Of a DNA stretch of 64,000 nt, positions 12,637 through 25,273 are shown piece after piece; positions within the stretch are counted from its first letter, which is position 1; each line of letters opens with the position of its first letter. A model generated the notes under the pieces. The model was not told where the DNA came from, made no database searches, and saw only the letters and a program-made list of their open reading frames with translations. The position numbers were made by a program, and so were the translations under genes. Where the stretch lies: assembly GCA_964057225.1 (NCBI GenBank), contig OZ059894.1:1550001-1614000 (forward strand). The letters are read 5' to 3'. The DNA comes from Auanema rhodensis (lineage: Eukaryota; Animalia; Nematoda).

Positions 12637-15600
12637 ATTTAGCAAAAAGTAGATGTTTTTAGATTCCTTTTTTCAAGGCAAAGACGATGGACAATGTTAT
12701 TCAACGAAAACATTAATTCTTCAGGGTGAAAATCGAGGATATAAGTGTGAACTTATATCAGTTGATATCTCGGTGCATTTTTAAGCTAGCGCAAATCTGA
12801 TAACACAGATCGACACAGCTTAAAAATCCGCATCGACTGCACTATACTACATTGAGAAACGCTTAATACAAAAATTAGTTATGATCGTTTGAAAAATGAT
12901 GCATTAGTGTATGTTGAGTTTCCATGTACACTCAACATTGCTTCCAAAAACATTTTGACAAAAATTTTTTCGAAAAATTTCAAAATAATTTAGCAAAAAG
13001 TAGATGTTTTTAGATTCCTTTTTTCAAGGCAAAGACGATGGACAATGTTATTCAACGAAAAAATTAATTCTTCAGGGTGAAAATCGAGGATATAAGTGTG
13101 AACTTATATCAGTTGATATCTCGGTGCATTTTTAAGCTAGCGCAAATCTGATAACACAGATCGACGCAGCTTAAAAATCCGCATCGAATGCACTATACTA
13201 CATTGAGAAACGCTTAATACAAAAATTAGTTATGATCGTTTGAAAAATGATGCATTAGTGTATGTTGAGTTTCCATGTACACTCAACATTGCTTCCAAAA
13301 ACATTTTGACAAAACTTTTTTCGAAAAATTTCAAAATAATTTAGCAAAAAGTAGATGTTTTTAGATTCCTTTTTTCAAGGCAAAGACGATGGACAATGTT
13401 ATTCAACGAAAAAATTAATTCTTCAGGGTGAAAATCGAGGATATAAGTGTGAACTTATATCAGTTGATATCTCGGTGCATTTTTAAGCTAGCGCAAAGCT
13501 GATAACACAGATCGACGCAGCTTAAAAATCCGCATCGAATGCACTACATTACATTGAGAAACGCTTAATACAAAAATTAGTTATGATCGTTTGAAAAATG
13601 ATGCATTAGTGTATGTTGAGTTTCCATGTACACTCAACATTGCTTCCAAAAACATTTTGACAAAAATTTTTTCGAAAAATTTCAAAATAATTTAGCAAAA
13701 AGTAGATGTTTTTAGATTCCTTTTTTCAAGGCAAAGACGATGGACAATGTTATTCAACGAAAAAATTAATTCTTCAGGGTGAAAATCGAGGATATAAGTG
13801 TGAACTTATATCAGTTGATATCTCGGTGCATTTTTAAGCTAGCGCAAATCTGATAACACAGATCGACGCAGCTTAAAAATCCGCATCGAATGCACTATAC
13901 TACATTGAGAAACGCTTAATACAAAAATTAGTTATGATCGTTTGAAAAATGATGCATTAGTGTATGTTGAGTTTCCATGTACACTCAACATTGCTTCCAA
14001 AAACATTTTGACAAAACTTTTTTCGAAAAATTTCAAAATAATTTAGCAAAAAGTAGATGTTTTTAGATTCCTTTTTTCAAGGCAAAGACGATGGACAATG
14101 TTATTCAACGAAAAAATTAATTCTTCAGGGTGAAAATCGAGGATATAAGTGTGAACTTATATCAGTTGATATCTCGGTGCATTTTTAAGCTAGCGCAAAG
14201 CTGATAACACAGATCGACGCAGCTTAAAAATCCGCATCGAATGCACTACATTACATTGAGAAACGCTTAATACAAAAATTAGTTATGATCGTTTGAAAAA
14301 TGATGCATTAGTGTATGTTGAGTTTCCATGTACACTCAACATTGCTTCCAAAAACATTTTGACAAAAATTTTTTCGAAAAATTTCAAAATAATTTAGCAA
14401 AAAGTAGATGTTTTTAAATTCCTTTTTTCAAGGCAAAGACGATGGACAATGTTTTTCAACGAAAAAATTAATTCTTCAGGGTGAAAATCGAGGATATAAG
14501 TGTGAACTTATATCAGTTGATATCTCGGTGCATTTTTAAGCTAGCGCAAATCTGATAACACGGATCGACGCAGCTTAAAAATCCGCATCGAATGCATTAT
14601 ACTACATTGAGAAACGCTTAATACAAAAATTAGTTATGATCGTTTGAAAAATGATGCATTAGTGTATGTTGAGTTTCCATGTACACTCAACATTGCTTCC
14701 AAAAACATTTTGACAAAAATGTTTTCGGAAAATTTCAAAATAATTTAGCAAAAAGTAGATGTTTTTAGATTCCTTTTTTCAAGGCAAAGACGATGGACAA
14801 TGTTTTTCAACGAAAAAATTAATTCTTCAGGGTGAAAATCGAGGATATAAGTGTGAACTTATATCAGTTGATATCTCGGTGCATTTTTAAGCTAGCGCAA
14901 ATCTGATAACACAGATCGACGCAGCTTAAAAATCCGCATCGAATGCACTATACTACATTGAGAAACGCTTTATACAAAAAATAGTTATGATCGTTTGAAA
15001 AATGATGCATTAGTGTATGTTGAGTTTCCATGTACACTCAACATTGCTTCCAAAAACATTTTGACAAAAATTTTTTCAAAAAATTTCAAAATAATTTAGC
15101 AAAAAGTAGATGTTTTTAGATTCCTTTTTTCAAGGCAAAGACGATGGACAATGTTATTCAACGAAAACATTAATTCTTCAGGGTGAAAATCGAGGATATA
15201 AGTGTGAACTTATATCAGTTGATATCTCGGTGCATTTTTAAGCTAGCGCAAATCTGATAACACAGATCGACGCAGCTTAAAAATCCGCATCGAATGCACT
15301 ATACTACATTGAGAAACGCTTAATACAAAAATTAGTTATGATCGTTTGAAAAATGATGCATTAGTGTATGTTGAGTTTCCATGTACACTCAACATTGCTT
15401 CCAAAAACATTTTGACAAAAATTTTTTCGAAAAATTTCAAAATAATTTAGCAAAAAGTAGATGTTTTTAGATTCCTTTTTTCAAGGCGAAGACGATGGAC
15501 AATGTTATTCAACGAAAAAATTAATTCTTCAGGGTGAAAATCGAGGATATAAGTGTGAACTTATATCAGTTGATATCTCGGTGCATTTTTAAGCTAGCGC

Positions 15601-18600
15601 AAATCTGTTAACACAGATCGACGCAGCTTAAAAATCCGCATCGAATGCACTATACTACATTGAGAAACGCTTAATACAAAAATTAGTTATGATCGTTTGA
15701 AAAATGATGCATTAGTGTATGTTGAGTTTCCATGTACACTCAACATTGCTTCCAAAAACATTTTGACAAAAATTTTTTCAAAAAATTTCAAAATAATTTA
15801 GCAAAAAGTAGATGTTTTTAGATTCCTTTCTCCAAGGCAAAGACGATCGACAATGTTTTTCAACGAAAAAATTAATTCTTCAGGGTGAAAATCGAGGATA
15901 TAAGTGTGAACTTATATCAGTTGATATCTCGGTGCATTTTTAAGCTAGCGCAAATCTGATAACACAGATCGACGCAGCTTAAAAATCCGCATCGAATGCA
16001 CTATACTACATTGAGAAACGCTTAATACAAAAATTAGTTATGATCGTTTGAAAAATGATGCATTAGTGTATGTTGAGTTTCCATGTACACTCAACATTGC
16101 TTCCAAAAACATTTTGACAAAAATTTTTTCAAAAAATTTCAAAATAATTTAGCAAAAAGTAGATGTTTTTAGATTCCTTTTTTTCAAGGCAAAGACGATG
16201 GACAATGTTATTCAACGAAAAAATTAATTCTTCAGGGTGAAAATCGAGGATATAAGTGTGAACTTATATCAGTTGATATCTCGGTGCATTTTTAAGCTAG
16301 CGCAAATCTGATAACACAGATCGACGCAGCTTAAAAATCCGCACCGAATGCACTATATTACATTGAGAAACGCTTAATACAAAAATTAGTTATGATCGTT
16401 TGAAAAATGATGCATTAGTGTATGTTGAGTTTCCATGTACACTCAACATTGCTTCCAAAAACATTTTGACAAAAATTTTTTCGAAAAATTTCAAAATAAT
16501 TTAGCAAAAAGTAGATGTTTTGAAATTCCTTTTTTCAAGGCAAAGACGATGGACAATGTTTTTCAACGAAAAAATTAATTCTTCAGGGTGAAAATCGAGG
16601 ATATAAGTGTGAACTTATATCAGTTGATATCTCGGTGCATTTTTAAGCTAGCGCAAATCTGATAACACGGATCGACGCAGCTTAAAAATCCGCATCGAAT
16701 GCACTATACTACATTGAGAAACGCTTAATACAAAAATTAATTATGATCGTTTGAAAAATGATGCATTAGTGTATGTTGAGTTTCCATGTACACTCAACAT
16801 TGCTTCCAAAAACATTTTGACAAAAATTTTTTCGAAAAATTTCAAAATAATTTAGCAAAAAGTAGATGTTTTTAGATTCCTTTTTTCAAGGCAAAGACGA
16901 TGGACAATGTTTTTCAACGAAAAAATTAATTCTTCAGGGTGAAAATCGAGGATATAAGTGTGAACTTATATCAGTTGATATCTCGGTGCATTTTTAAGCT
17001 AGCGCAAATCTGATAACACAGATCGACGCAGCTTAAAAATCCGCATCGAATGCACTATACTAAATTGAGAAACGCTTAATACAAAAATTAGTTATGATCG
17101 TTTGAAAAATGATGCATTAGTGTATGTTGAGTTTCCATGTACACTCAACATTGCTTCCAAAAACATTTTGACAAAACTTTTTTCGAAAAATTTCAAAATA
17201 ATTTAGCAAAAAGTAGATGTTTTTAGATTCCTTTTTCCAAGGCAAAGAAGATGGACAATGTTATTCATCGAAAAAATTAATTCTTCAGGGTGAAAATCGA
17301 GGATATAAGTGTGAACTTATATCAGTTGATATCTCGGTGCATTTTTAAGCTAGCGCAAATCTGATACCACAGATCGACGCAGCTTAAAAATCCGCATCGA
17401 ATGCACTATATTACATTGAGAAACGCTTAATACAAAAATTAGTTATGATCGTTTGAAAAATGATGCATTAGTGTATGTTGAGTTTCCATGTACACTCAAC
17501 ATTGCTTCCAAAAACATTTTGACAAAAATTTTTTCAAAAAATTTCGAAATAATTTAGCAAAAAGTAGATGTTTTTAGATTCCTTTTTTCAAGGCAAAGAC
17601 GATGGACAATGTTATTCAACGAAAAAATTAATTCTTCAGGGTGAAAATCGAGGATATAAGTGTGAACATATATCAGTTGATATCTCGGTGCATTTTTAAG
17701 CTAGCGCAAATCTGATAACACAGATCGACGCAGCTTAAAAATCCGCATCGAATGCACTATACTAAATTGAGAAACGCTTAATACAAAAATTAGTTATGAT
17801 CGTTTGAAAAATGATGCATTAGTGTATGTTGAGTTTCCATGTACACTCAACATTGCTTCCAAAAACATTTTGACAAAACTTTTTTCGAAAAATTTCAAAA
17901 TAATTTAGCAAAAAGTAGATGTTTTTAGATTCCTTTTTCCAAGGCAAAGACGATGGACAATGTTATTCATCGAAAAAATTAATTCTTCAGGGTGAAAATC
18001 GAGGATATAAGTGTGAACTTATATCAGTTGATATCTCGGTGCATTTTTAAGCTAGCGCAAATCTGATACCACAGATCGACGCAGCTTAAAAATCCGCATC
18101 GAATGCACTATATTACATTGAGAAACGCTTAATACAAAAATTAGTTATGATCGTTTGAAAAATGATGCATTAGTGTATGTTGAGTTTCCATGTACACTCA
18201 ACATTGCTTCCAAAAACATTTTGACAAAAATTTTTTCAAAAAATTTCGAAATAATTTAGCAAAAAGTAGATGTTTTTAGATTCCTTTTTTCAAGGCAAAG
18301 ACGATGGACAATGTTATTCAACGAAAAAATTAATTCTTCAGGGTGAAAATCGAGGATATAAGTGTGAACATATATCAGTTGATATCTCGGTGCATTTTTA
18401 AGCTAGCGCAAATCTGATAACACAGATCGACGCAGCTTAAAAATCCACATCGAATGCACTATACTACATTGAGAAACGCTTTATACAAAAATTAGTTATG
18501 ATCGTTTGAAAAATGATGCATTAGTGTATGTTGAGTTTCCATGTACACTCAACATTGCTTCCAAAAACATTTTGACAAAACTTTTTTCGAAAAATTTCAA

Positions 18601-20008
18601 AATAATTTAGCAAAAAGTAGATGTTTTTAGATTCCTTTTTTCAAAGCAAAGACGATGGACAATGTTATTCAACGAAAAAATTAATTCTTCAGGGTGAAAA
18701 TCGAGGATATAAGTGTGAACTTATATCAGTTGATATCTCGGTGCATTTTTAAGCTAGCGCAAATCTGATAACACAGATCGACGCAGCTTAAAAATCCGCA
18801 TCGAATGCACTATACTACATTGAGAAACGCTTAATACAAAAATTAGTTATGATCGTTTGAAAAATGATGCATTAGTGTATGTTGAGTTTCCATGTACACT
18901 CAACATTGCTTCCAAAAACATTTTGACAAAAATTTTTTCAAAAAATTTCAAAATAATTTAGCGAAAAGTAGATGTTTTTAGATTCCTTTTTTCAAGGCAA
19001 AGACGATCGACAATGTTTTTCAACGAAAAAATTAATTCTTCAGGGTGAAAATCGAGGATATAAGTGTGAACTTATATCAGTTGATATCTCGGTGCATTTT
19101 TAAGCTAGCGCAAATCTGATAACACAGATCGACGCAGCTTAAAAATCCGCATCGAATGAACTATACTACATTGAGAAACGCTTAATACAAAAATTAGTTA
19201 TGATCGTTTGAAAAATGATGCATTAGTGTATGTTGAGTTTCCATGTACACTCAACATTGCTTCCAAAAACATTTTGACAAAAATTTTTTCAAAAAATTTC
19301 AAAATAATTTAGCAAAAAGTAGATGTTTTTAGATTCCTTTTTTCAAGGCAAAGACGATGGACAATGTTATTCAACGAAAAAATTAATTCTTCAGGGTGAA
19401 AATCGAGGATATAAGTGTGAACTTATATCAGTTGATATCTCGGTGCATTTTTAAGCTAGCGCAAATCTGATAACACAGATCGACGCAGCTTAAAAATCCG
19501 CACCGAATGCACTATATTACATTGAGAAACGCTTAATACAAAAATTAGTTATGATCGTTTGAAAAATGATGCATTAGTGTATGTTGAGTTTCCATGTACA
19601 CTCAACATTGCTTCCAAAAACATTTTGACAAAAATTTTTTCAAAAAATTTGAAAATAATTTAGCAAAAAGTAGATGTTTTTAGATTCCTTTTTTCAAGGC
19701 AAAGACGATGGACAATGTTATTCAACGAAAAAATTAATTCTTCAGGGTGAAAATCGAGGATATAAGTGTGAACATATATCAGTTGATATCTCGGTGCATT
19801 TTTAAGCTAGCGCAAATCTGATAACACAGATCGACGCAGCTTAAAAATCCGCATCGAATGCACTATACTACATTGAGAAACGCTTAATACAAAAATTAGT
19901 TATGATCGTTTGAAAAATGATGCATTAGTGTATGTTGAGTTTCCATGTACACTCAACATTGCTTCCAAAAACATTTTGACAAAACTTTTTTCGAAAAATT
20001 TCAAAATA

Positions 20009-23000
20009 ATTTAGCAAAAAGTAGATGTTTTTAGATTCCTTTTTTCAAGGCAAAGACGATGGACATTGTTATTCAACGAAAAAATTAATTCTTCAGGGTG
20101 AAAATCGAGGATATAAGTGTGAACATATATCAGTTGATATCTCGGTGCATTTTTAAGCTAGCGCAAATCTGATAACACAGATCGACGCAGCTTAAAAATC
20201 CGCATCGAATGCACTATACTACATTGAGAAACGCTTAATACAAAAATTAGTTATGATCGTTTGAAAAATGATGCATTAGTGTATGTTGAGTTTCCATGTA
20301 CACTCAACATTGCTTCCAAAAACATTTTGACAAAAATTTTTTCAAAAAATTTCGAAATAATTTAGCAAAAAGTAGATGTTTTTAGATTCCTTTTTTCAAG
20401 GCAAAGACGATGGACAATGTTATTCAACGAAAAAATTAATTCTTCAGGGTGAAAATCGAGGATATAAGTGTGAACTTATATCAGTTGATATCTCGGTGCA
20501 TTTTTAAGCTAGCGCAAATCTGATAACACAGATCGACGCAGCTTAAAAATCCGCATCGAATGCACTATATTACATTGAGAAACGCTTAATACAAAAATTA
20601 GTTATGATCGTTTGAAAAATGATGCATTAGTGTATGTTGAGTTTCCATGTACACTCAACATTGCTTCCAAAAACATTTTGACAAAAATTTTTTCAAAAAA
20701 TTTCGAAATAATTTAGCAAAAAGTAGATGTTTTTAGATTCCTTTTTTCAAGGCAAAGACGATGGACATTGTTATTCAACGAAAAAATTAATTCTTCAGGG
20801 TGAAAATCGAGGATATAAGTGTGAACATATATCAGTTGATATCTCGGTGCATTTTTAAGCTAGCGCAAATCTGATAACACAGATCGACGCAGCTTAAAAA
20901 TCCGCATCGAATGCACTATACTACATTGAGAAACGCTTAATACAAAAATTAGTTATGATCGTTTGAAAAATGATGCATTAGTGTATGTTGAGTTTCCATG
21001 TACACTCAACATTGCTTCCAAAAACATTTTGACAAAACTTTTTTCGAAAAATTTCAAAATAATTTAGCAAAAAGTAGATGTTTTTAGATTCCTTTTTTCA
21101 AAGCAAAGACGATGGACAATGTTTTTCAACGAAAAAATTAATTCTTCAGGGTGAAAATCGAGGATATATGTGTGAACTTATATCAGTTGATATCTCGGTG
21201 CATTTTTAAGCTAGCGCAAATCTGATAACACAGATCGACGCAGCTTAAAAATCCGCATCGAATGCACTATACTACATTGAGAAACGCTTAATACAAAAAT
21301 TAGTTATTATCGTTTGAAAAATGATGCATTAGTGTATGTTGAGTTTCCATGTACACTCAACATTGCTTCCAAAAACATTTTGACAAAAATTTTTTCAAAA
21401 AATTTCAAAATAATTTAGCAAAAAGTAGATGTTTTTAGATTCCTTTTTTCAAGGCAAAGACGATGGACAATGTTATTCAACGAAAAAATTAATTCTTCAG
21501 GGTGAAAATCGAGGATATAAGTGTGAACTTATATCAGTTGATATCTCGGTGCATTTTTAAGCTAGCGCAAATCTGATAACACAGATCGACGCAGCTTGAA
21601 AATCCGCATCGAATGCACTATACTACATTGAGAAACGCTTAATACAAAAATTAGTTATGATCGTTTGAAAAATGATGCATTAGTGTATGTTGAGTTTCCA
21701 TGTACACTCAACATTGCTTCCAAAAACATTTTGACAAAAATTTTTTCAAAAAATTTCAAAATAATTTAGCAAAAAGTAGATGTTTTTAGATTCCTTTTTT
21801 CAAGGCAAAGACGATGGACAATGTTATTCAACGAAAAAATTAATTCTTCAGGGTGAAAATCGAGGATATAAGTGTGAACTTATATCAGTTGATATCTCGG
21901 TGCATTTTTAAGCTAGCGCAAATCTGATAACACAGATCGACGCAGCTTAAAAATCCGCATCGAATGCACTATATTACATTGAGAAACGCTTAATACAAAA
22001 ATTAGTTATGATCGTTTGAAAAATGATGCATTAGTGTATGTTGAGTTTCCATGTACACTCAACATTGCTTCCAAAAACATTTTGACAAAAATTTTTTCAA
22101 AAAATTTCGAAATAATTTAGCAAAAAGTAGATGTTTTTAGATTCCTTTTTTCAAGGCAAAGACGATGGACAATGTTATTCAACGAAATAATTAATTCTTC
22201 AGGGTGAACATCGAGGATATAAGTGTGAACATATATCAGTTGATATCTCGGTGCATTTTTAAGCTAGCGCAAATCTGATAACACAGATCGACGCAGCTTA
22301 AAAATCCGCATCGAATGCACTATACTACATTGAGAAACGCTTAATACAAAAATTAGTTATGATCGTTTGAAAAATGATGCATTAGTGTATGTTGAGTTTC
22401 CATGTACACTCAACATTGCTTCCAAAAACATTTTGACAAAACTTTTTTCGAAAAATTTCAAAATAATTTAGCAAAAAGTAGATGTTTTTAGATTCCTTTT
22501 TTCAAAGCAAAGACGATGGACAATGTTTTTCAACGAAAAAATTAATTCTTCAGGGTGAAAATCGAGGATATATGTGTGAACTTATATCAGTTGATATCTC
22601 GGTGCATTTTTAAGCTAGCGCAAATCTGATAACACAGATCGACGCAGCTTAAAAATCCGCATCGAATGCACTATACTACATTGAGAAACGCTTAATACAA
22701 AAATTAGTTATGATCGTTTGAAAAATGATGCATTAGTGTATGTTGAGTTTCCATGTACACTCAACATTGCTTCCAAAAACATTTTGACAAAACTTTTTTC
22801 GAAAAATTTCAAAATAATTTAGCAAAAAGTAGATGTTTTTAGATTCCTTTTTTCAAGGCAAAGACGATGGACATTGTTATTCAACGAAAAAATTAATTCT
22901 TCAGGGTGAAAATCGAGGATATAAGTGTGAACTTATATCAGTTGATATCTCGGTGCATTTTTAAGCTAGCGCAAATCTGATAACACAGATCGACGCAGCT

Positions 23001-25273
23001 TAAAAATCCGCATCGAATGCACTATACTACATTGAGAAACGCTTAATACAAAAATTAGTTATGATCGTTTGAAAAATGATGCATTAGTGTATGTTGAGTT
23101 TCCATGTACACTCAACATTGCTTCCAAAAACATTTTGACAAAAATTTTTTCAAAAAATTTCGAAATAATTTAGCAAAAAGTAGATGTTTTTAGATTCCTT
23201 TTTTCAAGGCAAAGACGATGGACAATGTTATTCAACGAAAAAATTAATTCTTCAGGGTGAAAATCGAGGATATAAGTGTGAACTTATATCAGTTGATATC
23301 TCGGTGCATTTTTAAGCTAGCGCAAATCTGATAACACAGATCGACGCAGCTTAAAAATCCGCATCGAATGCACTATATTACATTGAGAAACGCTTAATAC
23401 AAAAATTAGTTATGATCGTTTGAAAAATGATGCATTAGTGTATGTTGAGTTTCCATGTACACTCAACATTGCTTCCAAAAACATTTTGACAAAAATTTTT
23501 TCAAAAAATTTCGAAATAATTTAGCAAAAAGTAGATGTTTTTAGATTCCTTTTTTCAAGGCAAAGACGATGGACATTGTTATTCAACGAAAAAATTAATT
23601 CTTCAGGGTGAAAATCGAGGATATAAGTGTGAACATATATCAGTTGATATCTCGGTGCATTTTTAAGCTAGCGCAAATCTGATAACACAGATCGACGCAG
23701 CTTAAAAATCCGCATCGAATGCACTATACTACATTGAGAAACGCTTAATACAAAAATTAGTTATGATCGTTTGAAAAATGATGCATTAGTGTATGTTGAG
23801 TTTCCATGTACACTCAACATTGCTTCCAAAAACATTTTGACAAAACTTTTTTCGAAAAATTTCAAAATAATTTAGCAAAAAGTAGATGTTTTTAGATTCC
23901 TTTTTTCAAAGCAAAGACGATGGACAATGTTTTTCAACGAAAAAATTAATTCTTCAGGGTGAAAATCGAGGATATATGTGTGAACTTATATCAGTTGATA
24001 TCTCGGTGCATTTTTAAGCTAGCGCAAATCTGATAACACAGATCGACGCAGCTTAAAAATCCGCATCGAATGCACTATACTACATTGAGAAACGCTTAAT
24101 ACAAAAATTAGTTATTATCGTTTGAAAAATGATGCATTAGTGTATGTTGAGTTTCCATGTACACTCAACATTGCTTCCAAAAACATTTTGACAAAAATTT
24201 TTTCAAAAAATTTCAAAATAATTTAGCAAAAAGTAGATGTTTTTAGATTCCTTTTTTCAAGGCAAAGACGATGGACAATGTTATTCAACGAAAAAATTAA
24301 TTCTTCAGGGTGAAAATCGAGGATATAAGTGTGAACTTATATCAGTTGATATCTCGGTGCATTTTTAAGCTAGCGCAAATCTGATAACACAGATCGACGC
24401 AGCTTAAAAATCCGCATCGAATGCACTATATTACATTGAGAAACGCTTAATACAAAAATTAGTTATGATCGTTTGAAAAATGATGCATTAGTGTATGTTG
24501 AGTTTCCATGTACACTCAACATTGCTTCCAAAAACATTTTGACAAAAATTTTTTCAAAAAATTTCGAAATAATTTAGCAAAAAGTAGATGTTTTTAGATT
24601 CCTTTTTTCAAGGCAAAGACGATGGACAATGTTATTCAACGAAAAAATTAATTCTTCAGGGTGAACATCGAGGATATAAGTGTGAACATATATCAGTTGA
24701 TATCTCGGTGCATTTTTAAGCTAGCGCAAATCTGATAACACAGATCGACGCAGCTTAAAAATCCGCATCGAATGCACTATACTACATTGAGAAACGCTTA
24801 ATACAAAAATTAGTTATGATCGTTTGAAAAATGATGCATTAGTGTATGTTGAGTTTCCATGTACACTCAACATTGCTTCCAAAAACATTTTGACAAAACT
24901 TTTTTCGAAAAATTTCAAAATAATTTAGCAAAAAGTAGATGTTTTTAGATTCCTTTTTTCAAAGCAAAGACGATGGACAATGTTTTTCAACGAAAAAATT
25001 AATTCTTCAGGGTGGAAATCGAGGATATATGTGTGAACTTATATCAGTTGATATCTCGGTGCATTTTTAAGCTAGCGCAAATCTGATAACACAGATCGAC
25101 GCAGCTTAAAAATCCGCATCGAATGCACTATACTACATTGAGAAACGCTTAATACAAAAATTAGTTATGATCGTTTGAAAAATGATGCATTAGTGTATGT
25201 TGAGTTTCCATGTACACTCAACATTGCTTCCAAAAACATTTTGACAAAAATTTTTTCAAAAAATTTCAAAATA
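20009..25273. repeat. 8-monomer block (20009-22816) duplicated as a 7-monomer block (22817-25273)
   Basis: GGACATTG and GTTATTATCG markers recur at +2808. GTGAACATCG (22209, 24666) recurs at +2457. The monomer carrying G at 21598 has no counterpart in copy 2. Confidence 0.8.
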
